From: Oscillospiraceae bacterium | GTDB lineage: Bacteria > Bacillota > Clostridia > UBA1381 > UBA9506 | Length of the DNA: 64,000 nucleotides | Direction: 5' to 3' | Assembly: GCA_015068615.1 (NCBI GenBank) | Contig: SVKE01000001.1 | Location: forward strand, 42,679 to 106,678 | Notes under the pieces: generated by a model | Told to the model about the DNA's origin: nothing | Seen by the model: only the letters and a program-made list of their open reading frames with translations | Database searches by the model: none | In this document: positions 1 to 10,581 of the stretch, one piece after another | How the letters are laid out: every line of letters begins with the position of its first letter | Numbering within the stretch: the first letter of the stretch is position 1 | Made by a program: the position numbers and the translations under genes

Positions 1-2
1 AA

Positions 3-2087
3 CCGTATACGCTTCCTGAAATCAAGGAGCGCATTAAGAATTATATGCAATTCCTGCTCACAACTACTGAGCTTCCCGTATATATTGTAAACGATGGCCT
101 TGACCACGAACCGCTGCACACAGATACCGGCAAATATATTGAATGTATCAAGGAGCTTGTGCCTGACAGCGAGGTTCATCATTGCGACCTGCGCGAGGCG
201 GGAGTTCTTCTTGAAAAATACCGTGCCGGTATGGAGGTCGTGGAAGGTGAGCTTAACATTGGCGGCGAAGTAGAGCCTACGTTGCAGCTTATCACAAACA
301 CGATTTCAAGCTATTATCCAATCAAGAAAACAAACGATACTTGTCAGATTAACCTTGAGAAGATCGCAGAGCCTATGCTGGCATATTCAGCGATGGCGGG
401 CAACCGTATGGAGAGGGAGTATATCAGGCTTGCCTATAAGCATCTGATTCAGAATCATCCGCATGACTCCATCTGCGGATGCTCCATTGACCAGGTACAT
501 AAGGATATGGAATACAGATTTGCCCAAACAAACGAAATCTGTAACGAGCTTGTTGATGATTATATATACATACATTCCAGACCGTATTTGAATGGAAGAG
601 ATAAGGATACCCACGGCATTCTTACGTTGTTCAATCCGCTCCCGTATGAGGTGGACAAGGTTATCACCGTAGACCTTAACATGAAATCTAACTATCCGAA
701 TCAGTTTGCAGAACCGCTGAACGGTTATGAGCGTGTTAATAATTTTAAAATCTGCGACTATGAAGGAAACGAAATCCCCTTTCAGGTTGTCGACATCAAG
801 CGTGGTATGGTTCATCGTATCAGAGCTCGGTACTGCGAGGGGGTAGATGTACATAGGGTCACGTTTATGGCACATATGCCTGCCGGCGGAAGATGTGAAT
901 ACCGTATTGTGCCGGCACAACGTCCTACACGTTATCTGCGCCATTTAAACAGTGGTGTCGATTACATGGAAAACAGCAAGCTGCGCGTTACAATAAATCC
1001 CAACGGCACACTCAGCATCTACGATAAGCTACAGGGCAAAACCTATGACAATCAGCTTTGCTTAGTTGATGACGGAGAAATCGGTGACGGTTGGTCACAC
1101 TGCAACCAACGCAATGACAGAGCAGTGATGTCTGCGTTCGGCGGCTGCAACGTCGAAAAAATCGAGAGCGGATGTGCAAGATGTGTATTTAAAATCACCA
1201 AGACATTTATGGTCCCCGAAAAAATGGAGTTCCTGCCTGCCGGAAAGACCAGAAGCAATACCTACAAGGAGTACGTGGCGGTATTTGAGGTGGGGCTGAG
1301 TGAAGATGCAGGGTATGTGGACGTGAAGCTGACGGTCGACAACAACGTATGTGACCACAGACTCCGCCTTGCAATACCCACCTATACCGAGGGTGACAAG
1401 TATTTTGCAGGCCAGGCGTTCTATTGCTGCCAGAGAAATGTCGAAATCGACTACACAAAACAGGATTGGTATGAGCCGGAACTCAACGAAAAGGCTATGA
1501 ATGGTATCATAGGCAAGCGTGCATCAGATGGTACCGGTCTTGCATTTGTCAGCGCAAAGGGTCTGCATGAGGGTGCAAGCTATAACGATGATTACAGCTC
1601 TCTGTATGTAACCTTGCTCCGCAGCTTTAGGAAAACCGTTATGACCAACGGCCAGGTTGGCGGTCAGATTCAGGGCGAGCATGAATTTAACTTCCATCTT
1701 GTGCCGCTAAGCTCTGATATAACCTATGCAGACCTTGTTCGTCAGCAGGATGTGATGGGTGTTGGCCTGATCAGCGCATATGCCGAGGTGGATGCGGCAT
1801 CGGCTACCAACGCGCCCGTGAGCAACTTCAAGCTCAGCGGTGACGACATTTTGCTTTCTGTGATCAAATGTGCAGAACGCGAGGATGATGCATATGTGGT
1901 CAGAATGTTTAATGCATCGGACAAGGATTCGGTGGCGACACTTACATTTGCTAACAAAGTAAGTGAAGCGGTTGAAACCAATATGAACGAAGAGGCCTTG
2001 ACGGATAACAATGCCAAGATTGAGGGAGGCAACGTGACACTGAAGATTGCTCCGTGGCATGTTTCCACCGTAATGGTTAAATTTTGA
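3..2087 (+). CDS. GH38 alpha-mannosidase / mannosylglycerate hydrolase-like protein (5' end outside the window)
   Basis: Frame is open from the window edge (first full codon at nt 3; the ATG at 45 is internal) to the TGA at 2085-2087. Motif LIQNHPHDSICGCS and the long beta-rich C-terminal half fit bacterial GH38 enzymes. Confidence 0.7.
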   Translation, partial: PYTLPEIKERIKNYMQFLLTTTELPVYIVNDGLDHEPLHTDTGKYIECIKELVPDSEVHHCDLREAGVLLEKYRAGMEVVEGELNIGGEVEPTLQLITNTISSYYPIKKTNDTCQINLEKIAEPMLAYSAMAGNRMEREYIRLAYKHLIQNHPHDSICGCSIDQVHKDMEYRFAQTNEICNELVDDYIYIHSRPYLNGRDKDTHGILTLFNPLPYEVDKVITVDLNMKSNYPNQFAEPLNGYERVNNFKICDYEGNEIPFQVVDIKRGMVHRIRARYCEGVDVHRVTFMAHMPAGGRCEYRIVPAQRPTRYLRHLNSGVDYMENSKLRVTINPNGTLSIYDKLQGKTYDNQLCLVDDGEIGDGWSHCNQRNDRAVMSAFGGCNVEKIESGCARCVFKITKTFMVPEKMEFLPAGKTRSNTYKEYVAVFEVGLSEDAGYVDVKLTVDNNVCDHRLRLAIPTYTEGDKYFAGQAFYCCQRNVEIDYTKQDWYEPELNEKAMNGIIGKRASDGTGLAFVSAKGLHEGASYNDDYSSLYVTLLRSFRKTVMTNGQVGGQIQGEHEFNFHLVPLSSDITYADLVRQQDVMGVGLISAYAEVDAASATNAPVSNFKLSGDDILLSVIKCAEREDDAYVVRMFNASDKDSVATLTFANKVSEAVETNMNEEALTDNNAKIEGGNVTLKIAPWHVSTVMVKF

Positions 2088-2343
2088 TTTCCATAATCCG
2101 CTGTAGGATATGTGCATTATGAGTTTGTCGTTTCTTTAAAAGGGGATGCCGGCTTTGTGGCAGAGGGCATGGTGCATCAACTAGCGCCTTATGATGTGAG
2201 GATCAGCTGACCGGGCGAGAGGCATCAGATTTTTCAGGCAGGACTTTTACAAGGCCTGCCTGAAGGAAAGCGGACTGCCATTCCGGGAGGGTCTTAGCAG
2301 ACTCGGCGGCATTTTTGAGTCATAATGAAGGAAGGGAACTGTT

Positions 2344-5300
2344 ATGAGCTTTACACATTTACATGTGCATACAGAATACAGCTTTTTAGACGGACTTTGC
2401 CGGTTGGATGCCTTGCTCGGCCGGGCAAGGGAGCTTGGCATGGAATCCATCGCAATCACAGACCACGGAGCCATGTACGGCGTTGTGGAGTTTTATAAAA
2501 AAGCCAAGGCCGCGGGCATTCATCCCATCATCGGCTGTGAGGTGTACACCGCCGGGGTGAACATGTATGAACGTACGCATGAGAACGGCAACCGCACCGG
2601 TCATCTTGTGCTTTTAGCAGAGAACATGACCGGCTATCAAAACCTTGTCAAGCTGGTTTCCGCCGGCTTTTCCGATGGATTTTATTACAAGCCCCGCGTC
2701 GACAAAAGGCTCCTTGCAAAGCATGCAGAGGGCCTGATTGCCCTGTCTGCCTGCCTTGCCGGAGACATCCCTCATGCTCTTTTAAATGACGAGGAAAAGA
2801 AGGCCCGCACGCTGATTGAAGAATACATACAGCTCTTTGGTCGGGACAATTTCTTTATCGAAATTCAGGATCACGGCCTTCCGGAGCAGAAAAAGGTCAA
2901 TGCCAGACTGATTGCGCTGGCCTCAGAGTATCAGCTGGGACTTGTGGCCACCAATGATGTGCATTACATCTGCCGTGAGGATGCTAAGCATCAGGATGTG
3001 CTCATGTGCATTCAGACGAATCGCAAGGTGGCAGAGGCCGACAGAATGCGCTTTGAAACCGATGAGTTTTTCCTAAAAAGCGAGGAGGAAATGCGCACCC
3101 TGTTCGGCGCTATTCCGGAAAGCCTTGACAATACTGAAAAAATTGCAAAACGCTGTCAGGTGGATTTCACCTTTGGCAATTTGCTGCTCCCTCAATATGA
3201 TGTGCCGGACGGACGGGATTCCCTTTCCTACCTTACGGCTCTGTGTAACAATGGATTAAAAAAGCGTTATGGTGAAAATCCCGAGGCACAAAAGCGGCTG
3301 GATTATGAGCTTAACGTCATTAACAGCATGGGCTATGTGGATTACTTTTTAATTGTTTGGGATTTTATTAAATATGCAAAGGATAACGGCATCCCTGTGG
3401 GGCCGGGTCGCGGCAGTGCCGCAGGCAGCGTGGTGGCCTACGCGCTGGGCATTACGAATATAGATCCTCTGCGCTATAATCTGCTGTTTGAGCGTTTCTT
3501 AAATCCGGAGCGTATCAGCATGCCGGATATTGACGTAGACATCTGCAATGAAGGCCGTCAGCGAGTGATTGATTATGTCATTGAAAAATACGGCCGTGAA
3601 AAGGTGGCGCAGATTATCACCTTTAATGCCATGAAGGCACGTGCGGCCGTGCGCGATGTGGGGCGTGTGCTGGACGTGGGATATGCAGAGACCGATGAGG
3701 TTGCTAAGATGATTCCCACAGAGCTGGGGATGACCCTTAAGCACGCTATGGAATTAAATCCCGAGCTAAAGAAAAAATATGATGAGGATCCCCAGGTGCA
3801 TGAGCTATTAGAGGAGGCTCTGGCCTTAGAGGGACTGATCCGGAATGCAGGCACCCATGCGGCCGGCGTTGTTATCTCGCGTGATACCATTACAGATCAT
3901 ATTCCCATCCAGACCAATGACGACATCATTACGACCCAGTTTCCCATGGGAAATATTGAAGAGCTGGGTTTTTTAAAAATGGACTTTTTGGGTCTTAGAA
4001 ATCTATCCATCATCAGTGAGGCGCTGTCTATCATCGAGGAGTCGAGAGGGGAGAGGATAGATTTAGAAAGCCTCCCCATGGACGTGCCGGCTGTATACGC
4101 CATGCTGTCACGCGGGGAAACCGAGGGTGTCTTTCAGTTGGAATCTGCCGGCATGAAGCAGTTTATCAAGGAGCTGAAGCCGGAGAGCCTGGAGGACGTC
4201 ATTGCCGGTATCTCCCTCTACCGTCCGGGACCCATGGATCAGATTCCGCGGTACATTGAAAACAAAAACAACCCGAAAGCGGTTCAATATAAGCATCCCA
4301 TTTTAGAAACAATATTAGACGTCACCTATGGCTGTATGGTCTATCAGGAGCAGGTCATGCAGATTGTTCGGGAAATGGCGGGCTATTCCCTGGGGCGAGC
4401 CGATTTGGTACGTCGTGCCATGAGCAAGAAAAAGGCCGACGTTATGGCAGAGGAGCGGAAAAACTTCATTCACGGCCAAAGAGGGGAGGATGGTAGCGTC
4501 CTCATTGATGGTGCCGTGCGGCGGGGTGTGCCGGAGCAGGTGGCCGACGCCATTTTTGATGAAATGATGGATTTCGCTCAGTATGCTTTTAATAAATCGC
4601 ATGCGGCAGCGTATTCGGTCATTACCTACCAGACGGCCTATCTAAAGCATTTTTATCCGGCAGAATACATGGCAGCACTGCTTTCCTCGGTGCTGGATGC
4701 ACCGGATAAGGTGGCGCGATATTCGGCAGAGTGCAAGCGTATGGGCATACAAATTCTGCCCCCGGATATTAATAAAAGTCACAGCGGCTTTACAGTTTCA
4801 GGGCACAACATCCGCTTTGGCCTAGCCGTGATTAAAAACGTCGGTGCCGGCATTATTGATGCCATCACGGCCGAACGGAAAAGGCGCGGCGATTTTGCGG
4901 ATTACGAGGATTTTGTCAAGCGCACAGCCCACTTAAACGTAACCAAGCGCGTTCATGAATATTTGATTAAGGCCGGTGCCTTTGATGCTTTGGGAGAAAC
5001 GAGAGCCGGCCTCTTGCTGGAGTTTGAGCCGATGCTTTCTGCTGCGGCTGAGGACAGAAAACGCAACGTAGACGGACAAATATCCCTCTTTGGTGTGGAG
5101 GAAACAGCGCAGGCGACCTCGCGGGCGCGCATGAGAAAAGAGGAATTTCCCGCCAAGAAGCTGTTGGCTCTGGAAAAGGAGAGCGTGGGCTTTTACCTAA
5201 CCGGGCATCCGCTAGATGAATTTGCGGCGGAGGCAGCCGAGCTTTCTGACTATGCGGTAGCAGAGCTGATAGAGGCAGCGGAGGAAGGCGGCAGGGTGAA

Positions 5301-5814
5301 GGACGGCACGATTTTATCCCTTTGCGGCGTTGTTTCCCATGTGCGGGAAAAGGTGACGAAAAACAGCCAGATGATGGCCTTTGTTACAATAGAGGACTTG
5401 ACCGGCTCCGTGGAATGTATTATCTTTCCGAAAATATACGGCGTGTTAAAGCCGTGCCTATATGAGGACAGTCTGGTTTGTGTCGAGGGGCGGCTCAGCC
5501 TGCGGGAAGAGGAGGAGCCTAAGCTGGTTGTGAATCAGGCCCGTCCGCTGAGTGAGGCCAAAAAGCAGAGAGCAGCAGAAAAGGAGGCAGACGGACGCAA
5601 GCTGTACCTGCGCTTTTTGCTGGGGAAGGATTATCTTTTAGAGCGCATCAAGGAGACGCTCTCCCATCACAGTGGTTCGGTGCCGGTTTGCATCCACATT
5701 GAAGAAAGCAGGTCTACTGCCATGGCGCCCAAAGCCCTTTGGGTGACGCCCGAGGAATCGCTTCTTGACAGCCTGACAGACATTCTGGGCAAGGAAAATG
5801 TGGTTTTAAAATAA
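2344..5814 (+). CDS. dnaE: DNA polymerase III alpha subunit (DnaE type)
   Basis: 1156 aa. N-terminal PHP motif HLHVHTEYSFLDG, pol III alpha core motifs (GPGRGSAAGS, FNKSHAAAY) and a C-terminal OB-like region. SD GAAGGAAGGG lies upstream of the ATG. Confidence 0.95.
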   Translation: MSFTHLHVHTEYSFLDGLCRLDALLGRARELGMESIAITDHGAMYGVVEFYKKAKAAGIHPIIGCEVYTAGVNMYERTHENGNRTGHLVLLAENMTGYQNLVKLVSAGFSDGFYYKPRVDKRLLAKHAEGLIALSACLAGDIPHALLNDEEKKARTLIEEYIQLFGRDNFFIEIQDHGLPEQKKVNARLIALASEYQLGLVATNDVHYICREDAKHQDVLMCIQTNRKVAEADRMRFETDEFFLKSEEEMRTLFGAIPESLDNTEKIAKRCQVDFTFGNLLLPQYDVPDGRDSLSYLTALCNNGLKKRYGENPEAQKRLDYELNVINSMGYVDYFLIVWDFIKYAKDNGIPVGPGRGSAAGSVVAYALGITNIDPLRYNLLFERFLNPERISMPDIDVDICNEGRQRVIDYVIEKYGREKVAQIITFNAMKARAAVRDVGRVLDVGYAETDEVAKMIPTELGMTLKHAMELNPELKKKYDEDPQVHELLEEALALEGLIRNAGTHAAGVVISRDTITDHIPIQTNDDIITTQFPMGNIEELGFLKMDFLGLRNLSIISEALSIIEESRGERIDLESLPMDVPAVYAMLSRGETEGVFQLESAGMKQFIKELKPESLEDVIAGISLYRPGPMDQIPRYIENKNNPKAVQYKHPILETILDVTYGCMVYQEQVMQIVREMAGYSLGRADLVRRAMSKKKADVMAEERKNFIHGQRGEDGSVLIDGAVRRGVPEQVADAIFDEMMDFAQYAFNKSHAAAYSVITYQTAYLKHFYPAEYMAALLSSVLDAPDKVARYSAECKRMGIQILPPDINKSHSGFTVSGHNIRFGLAVIKNVGAGIIDAITAERKRRGDFADYEDFVKRTAHLNVTKRVHEYLIKAGAFDALGETRAGLLLEFEPMLSAAAEDRKRNVDGQISLFGVEETAQATSRARMRKEEFPAKKLLALEKESVGFYLTGHPLDEFAAEAAELSDYAVAELIEAAEEGGRVKDGTILSLCGVVSHVREKVTKNSQMMAFVTIEDLTGSVECIIFPKIYGVLKPCLYEDSLVCVEGRLSLREEEEPKLVVNQARPLSEAKKQRAAEKEADGRKLYLRFLLGKDYLLERIKETLSHHSGSVPVCIHIEESRSTAMAPKALWVTPEESLLDSLTDILGKENVVLK

Positions 5815-5860
5815 TGGGGTAGGTCACTATGGCATAAAACAAAAAATTACCGCAATCGTA

Positions 5861-5889
5861 TTGCGTTCCTTTAAAAATTATGGTAAAAT
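5861..5889 (+). promoter_or_regulatory. sigmaA-type promoter for putP
   Basis: TTGCGT (5861-5866), 17-nt spacer, TAAAAT (5884-5889) preceded by TG. It sits about 30 nt upstream of the AAGGAG SD. Confidence 0.4.
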
Positions 5890-5920
5890 ATTGTAAAATA
5901 AAATAAAAAAGGAGATTATT

Positions 5921-7450
5921 ATGGAATTATTGGCATTTGTTTTGTATTTTATTGCGATGCTTGCTGTAGGTGTGTTCTTCTTTTTCCTCACGAGAAAAAG
6001 TGCAAGCGGTGAAAAGGATTATTTTTTAGGCGGTCGTCAAATGGGCCCCTGGGTTACGGCTATGAGTGCACAGGCCTCAGACATGAGCGCCTGGCTTTTG
6101 ATGGGCCTGCCCGGCAGTATTTTTGCCTTTGGCTTTGGCCAGGCCTGGATTGGTATCGGTCTTGCCATCGGTACAGCCCTAAACTGGATTTTCGTTGCGA
6201 AAAGGCTACGGAAATTTTCAAAGGCCTCCGGCGATGCCATTACGTTGCCGCAGTATTTGTCTAACCGGTTTTTAACGGCAAACCCTGCGCTTAAAATTGT
6301 ATGCGCCGTTGTTTTTCTGGTCAGCTTTACCTTGTATGTTGCTTCTGCCTTTTCAGCCGGCGCTACGGTGTTCCACCAGCTAATTCCTCAACTCTCGCTG
6401 GAAGTCGAAATGATTATCTTTGTGGCTATTTTGCTTGTATATACCTTTTTGGGTGGCTATAAGGCGGTTTGCTGGACGGACTTCTTCCAAGGCCTCTTAA
6501 TGCTTGTGGCGCTTCTTGCAGTACCCATTGCTATTGTGGCCTTTAGGGGAACGGATCCCGCCCTTCTGCAAAGCACGATTGAAAATGTTGCTGCCGGTGA
6601 GGTATATAAGTTTGTACCGAACTTTTTTAATGCCAGCTGGCAGGATATCTTGTCCGGTCTGGGCTGGGGCCTTGGTTATTTCGGTATGCCTCACATCTTG
6701 GTGCGCTTTATGGCAATTGAAAAGCCCAGTATGGTTAAAAAGTCTGCAACGGTTGCTATCATCTGGGTGGTTCTTTCCCTTGGCGCGGCTATCCTGATTG
6801 CATATCTGGGTAGAATGCTGGTGGCAAACTTCCCTGGCACAGAGATTCCCTTTGCTCAGTATATGTTGGAAAATGGCCTACAGGAAACGATATTCATTCA
6901 GCTATCCAGAATGATATTCCCGGCTTTTATCGCCGGTCTGCTTTTAGCAGCCATCATTGCGGCCTCTATGTCAACGGCAGATTCTCAGCTACTGGTAGCC
7001 TCTTCCTCCTTTACCAGCGATATTTATAAGCCCTTTATTAAGAAGAATGCTTCGCAAAAGGAGCTTTTGTGGGTGGGACGTTTGGTGGTTGTTCTGGTTG
7101 CCGTTATTGCCTATTTCATAGCCAGCAGTAAGAGCTCCGGAGCTCAGGCAATTATGGGTATGGTCAGCAACGCCTGGGGCCTTTTTGGTGCAGCCTTTGG
7201 TCCTGTGGTTATCCTTTCGTTATTCTGGAAGCGCTTTACATATAAAGGTGCTTTGGCCGGCATTATTACCGGTGCAGTGGTAGATATTCTGTGGCTTGTA
7301 TTCCTGAGCGGCACAGCAATTTACGAAATTGTGCCCGGCTTCATTCTGGGTGCGGTGGCCAGCGTGGTTGTGACGCTGCTGGATAAAAAGCCCTCTCCGG
7401 AGGTGCAGGCCATTTACGAAACGGCAACTGATGATTCCATAGATGATTAA
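5921..7450 (+). CDS. putP: sodium/proline (sodium:solute, SSS family) symporter
   Basis: 509 aa and highly hydrophobic with about 13 TM segments. The N-terminal region (GEKDYFLGGRQMGPWVTAMSAQASDMSAWLLMGLPG) is typical of PutP/SSS carriers. Confidence 0.85.
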   Translation: MELLAFVLYFIAMLAVGVFFFFLTRKSASGEKDYFLGGRQMGPWVTAMSAQASDMSAWLLMGLPGSIFAFGFGQAWIGIGLAIGTALNWIFVAKRLRKFSKASGDAITLPQYLSNRFLTANPALKIVCAVVFLVSFTLYVASAFSAGATVFHQLIPQLSLEVEMIIFVAILLVYTFLGGYKAVCWTDFFQGLLMLVALLAVPIAIVAFRGTDPALLQSTIENVAAGEVYKFVPNFFNASWQDILSGLGWGLGYFGMPHILVRFMAIEKPSMVKKSATVAIIWVVLSLGAAILIAYLGRMLVANFPGTEIPFAQYMLENGLQETIFIQLSRMIFPAFIAGLLLAAIIAASMSTADSQLLVASSSFTSDIYKPFIKKNASQKELLWVGRLVVVLVAVIAYFIASSKSSGAQAIMGMVSNAWGLFGAAFGPVVILSLFWKRFTYKGALAGIITGAVVDILWLVFLSGTAIYEIVPGFILGAVASVVVTLLDKKPSPEVQAIYETATDDSIDD

Positions 7451-7473
7451 GTTGATTTAGAAATAACAAAAAA

Positions 7474-7499
7474 AGTCCCCGCGGGGACTTTTTTGTTTT
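7474..7499 (+). terminator. intrinsic terminator after putP
   Basis: AGTCCCC-GC-GGGGACT hairpin followed by TTTTTTGTTTT. Confidence 0.75.
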
Positions 7500-7615
7500 G
7501 CAATTGGCGCCTATATGCTTTACAGCCGTACGCTTTCGCAATCAATTAAAGACGTATTGTCGCACCCTGCATTAATATAATGCAGGGTGTGCCTTTGCTA
7601 ATCATTTTTCATATT

Positions 7616-8464
7616 CTAGTTTTGATTCATTTTATCGGTCAAGAAGTTAACTGCCGTGCGAATGTCACCCTCCACATCATCGCCAACCTCGCGCTCAATG
7701 GTTAAAAAGCCCCGGTAGCCTACATCGTACAGAGCCTTTAAATAGCTGTCAAAGTCGACCTTTCCCTGACCTAAAGGCATTTCGCGAAAGGAGGTGCCGC
7801 TCTTAATTTCCTCTTCTACCATTCCGTAGATGATTTCCGGATCCTTATCAAAGAGCTTTATGCCATCCTTGGCATGGGTATGCACGATGTAATCCTTCAG
7901 GGTATGCACGGCCTGTACCGGGTCATCGCCGGTGACCATAACAAGGTTGGCAGGGTCTAAATTCACGGCCACACCACGCGAATGCAGGGAATCTAAAAAT
8001 TCCTTTAAGACAGAAGCAGGCTCCGGGCCTGTTTCAACGGCAAAGTGCGCATCAATACTGTCGGCATAGCGGGCGAGCTCTGCGCAGGCCTCCTGCATAA
8101 TTTTATAGCGATCGTGGCTTTTGTCACCGGGGACAACACCGATGTGCGTTGTAACAATATTGGTTTCCAGCTCCTTTGCCAGATCCATAATTCTCTTAGA
8201 ATCCTCTATTAAAGAGGGGTTTTTAGCAGGGTCGGAAAAGCCCTGACCCAGATCGCCGCAGATGGCAGAAAAGCACAGGCCGCTGGACTTAACCTGATCC
8301 AAAAGCTCCCGGCGCTTTGCACCCACCAGCTCACGGGGTGAATGCTCGCCATAGGTGGCATACATCTGAATTCCCTTTGCGCCGAGTGCAGCAGATTTTT
8401 TCAGTGCAGAGCCGAACTCCTCTTTAAAGCAGTCAATGATAATACCAATGGGGAATCGGTACAT
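7616..8464 (-). CDS. sugar phosphate isomerase/epimerase (xylose-isomerase-like TIM barrel)
   Basis: The ORF track gives 7616-8506. I prefer the MYRFPIG start at 8464, which has AAGGA 8 nt upstream. Alternating beta/alpha pattern plus HTHAKD and ETGPEP-like motifs fit the AP-endonuclease-2/xylose-isomerase-like fold. Confidence 0.7.
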   Translation of the reverse strand: MYRFPIGIIIDCFKEEFGSALKKSAALGAKGIQMYATYGEHSPRELVGAKRRELLDQVKSSGLCFSAICGDLGQGFSDPAKNPSLIEDSKRIMDLAKELETNIVTTHIGVVPGDKSHDRYKIMQEACAELARYADSIDAHFAVETGPEPASVLKEFLDSLHSRGVAVNLDPANLVMVTGDDPVQAVHTLKDYIVHTHAKDGIKLFDKDPEIIYGMVEEEIKSGTSFREMPLGQGKVDFDSYLKALYDVGYRGFLTIEREVGDDVEGDIRTAVNFLTDKMNQN

Positions 8465-8590
8465 AAAGCCCATCCTTTCTTTTACAATACTACTTGTTTT
8501 TATCATAACAATATTGTATAATAAAAAAAACCCGAAGTAAAGCGCTAATGTTGCTGAATTTTAGCACAATATTGCTTTTAGAGAACAGAG

Positions 8591-9415
8591 GTGATGGCTG
8601 TGGAGGTTTATGAATCGCATATAGGGACAACCAAGCAGGATTTTCCGGTCATCTTCCATTACAACAAGGAGGAAAAGGGGCCTTTTGGATCCATTTGTGC
8701 ACACTGGCATGAAAATTTGGAGCTTTTATATGTGGTATCGGGAAGGATACAGGTTATGACAGATGGCGTGTCGATTTTTGCAGCTGCAGGCCAGGTGGCG
8801 GTGGTAAATTCCAGTCATGTTCACGTGATATCTTCAGAAGAACAGGCTGCTTATTATTGCCTGATTATCGACCATGGTTTTCTTTCCTCCTTTGGCTTTG
8901 ATATTGAAAAAACAATTTTTGAGCGGCGGGTGGACTCCGAAGAGGTAAGGCAGCTGTTCCGCAACATTATTTATGAAATTGACACAAAGGAGTGGCATTA
9001 CGAGGCACAGGTCCGGGCGGATGTGGTTTCGCTTTTGGTATGTCTTACTCGGAATCATATCGACTATGGCTCCCCGCTGGAGGATTCCTCGGCGGGACAT
9101 AAATTGGCAGTTGTCAAAACCGTTCTGCAGTATTTGCAAAGGCACTATAAGGAGACACTCACTCTTGCACAAATTGCAGAGGCAGCGGGCTTTAATAAAT
9201 ACTATCTGTCACATTTGTTTAAAGAGACGATGGGCTGCTCCATGGTGCAGTATTTAAACCAGCTGCGCTGCAATCAAGCCAAAAATCTGCTCATGTCCGA
9301 ACGATATACTGTCAGCGAGGTGGCGGAAATGTGCGGCTTTGAAAACCTTTCTTATTTTTCGCGCACATATAAAAAATACATGTCTGTGACCCCGCGAGCG
9401 CAAAAACAGGAGTGA
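8591..9415 (+). CDS. AraC family transcriptional regulator (cupin sensor + HTH)
   Basis: 274 aa. N-terminal cupin-like segment (HWHENLELLYVVSG). The C-terminal double HTH (LAQIAEAAGFNKYYLSHLFK ... VAEMCGFENLSYFSRTYKK) is the AraC signature. Divergent from the isomerase gene. Confidence 0.9.
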   Translation: MMAVEVYESHIGTTKQDFPVIFHYNKEEKGPFGSICAHWHENLELLYVVSGRIQVMTDGVSIFAAAGQVAVVNSSHVHVISSEEQAAYYCLIIDHGFLSSFGFDIEKTIFERRVDSEEVRQLFRNIIYEIDTKEWHYEAQVRADVVSLLVCLTRNHIDYGSPLEDSSAGHKLAVVKTVLQYLQRHYKETLTLAQIAEAAGFNKYYLSHLFKETMGCSMVQYLNQLRCNQAKNLLMSERYTVSEVAEMCGFENLSYFSRTYKKYMSVTPRAQKQE

Positions 9416-9468
9416 TTGTAAGCCCAGGGGGCGGTAAAATCATCTCTTTATACAACAAATTAAATATA

Positions 9469-9507
9469 AAAAAGTTGCTTGCGAATAATATCGCAAGCAA
9501 CTTTTTG
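9469..9507. terminator. bidirectional intrinsic terminator between araC-like gene and fba
   Basis: 13-bp stem AAGTTGCTTGCGA / TCGCAAGCAACTT with a 6-nt loop, flanked by an A-run on the left and a T-run on the right. Confidence 0.75.
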
Positions 9508-9520
9508 TATGCCTTTATAA

Positions 9521-10456
9521 TCAGGCCTTGCCGTCGCAACCTAAAACGTTTACAATCTTTTTCTTAACCAGGTCTTTGATAGCAGCGCGGGCAGGAGTTA
9601 AGTACTGTCTGGGGTCAAAGTGAGCCGGATTCTCAGCCATGTACTTTCTGATAGAGCCTGTCATAGCAAGACGCAGGTCAGAGTCAATGTTGATTTTGCA
9701 GACAGCGGATTTTGCAGCCTCGCGGAGCATTTCCTCGGGAATACCGATAGCATCAGGCATGTTGCCGCCGTTCTGGTTGATCATCTCAACAAATTCGGGG
9801 ATTACGCTGCTGGCACCGTGCAGAACGATGGGGAAGTTCGGCAGACGCTCTTCCACTTCCTTTAAGATGTCAAAGCGCAGCTGGGGCTTTTGACCGGGCT
9901 TGAATTTGTATGCGCCGTGGCTGGTGCCGATGGCGATTGCCAGAGAGTCAACGCCGGTGCGGGTAACAAACTCCTCAACCTCGGAGGGACGTGTATAGGA
10001 TGCGTCCTCGTCGGAAACGTTTACGTCGTCCTCAATACCGGCCAGACGACCCAGCTCACCTTCAACGGTAACACCGCGCTCGTGAGCATATTCAACAACC
10101 TTCTTGGTCAGTTCGATGTTTTCTTCAAAAGAGTGGTGGGAACCATCGATCATAACGGAGGTAAAGCCACCGTCAATACATGACTTACACAGCTCAAAGC
10201 TGTCACCATGGTCAAGATGCAGTGCGATGGGGAGATCTGTTTCAATCAATGCAGCCTCAACCAGCTTAACAAGATAGGTGTGGTTTGCATATTTTCTTGC
10301 GCCGGCGGAAACCTGCAGAATCAGGGGGGCGTTAACCTCCTTGGCAGCCTCGGTGATACCCTGGATAATCTCCATGTTGTTCACGTTGAAAGCGCCGATT
10401 GCATAACCGCCGTCGTATGCCTTTTGGAACATTTCTTTTGTTGTAACTAATGGCAT
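9521..10456 (-). CDS. fba: class II fructose-1,6-bisphosphate aldolase
   Basis: 311 aa. The N-terminus MPLVTTKEMFQKAYDGGYAIGAFNVNNME and the HLDHG and GTSHGAYKF motifs are classic class II FBA. Confidence 0.95.
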   Translation of the reverse strand: MPLVTTKEMFQKAYDGGYAIGAFNVNNMEIIQGITEAAKEVNAPLILQVSAGARKYANHTYLVKLVEAALIETDLPIALHLDHGDSFELCKSCIDGGFTSVMIDGSHHSFEENIELTKKVVEYAHERGVTVEGELGRLAGIEDDVNVSDEDASYTRPSEVEEFVTRTGVDSLAIAIGTSHGAYKFKPGQKPQLRFDILKEVEERLPNFPIVLHGASSVIPEFVEMINQNGGNMPDAIGIPEEMLREAAKSAVCKINIDSDLRLAMTGSIRKYMAENPAHFDPRQYLTPARAAIKDLVKKKIVNVLGCDGKA

Positions 10457-10581
10457 GGATGTTCAACTCCTTCAATTTTTGATTATCTTTATTGTACCAA
10501 AATCACGGCGATAAATCAATAGCAAAATTGAATAAACTGACAATTTTTTCACAACCATTTTCAAGCAGTTTGCAAGGAATT

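Noticed and set aside
2200-2300. Faint resemblance of CTGAAGGAAAGCGG to the SRP RNA domain IV GGAA-loop region
   Set aside because: Only a ~12-nt loose match. The symmetric and asymmetric loop partners are missing and the expected Alu/helix 5 pairing is not present. Gene context (upstream of dnaE, not dnaX) does not support ffs.
9620-10450. Series of 80-97-aa plus-strand ORFs inside fba
   Set aside because: They are antisense to an unmistakable class II aldolase gene. They are short, unconserved-looking, and lack SDs.
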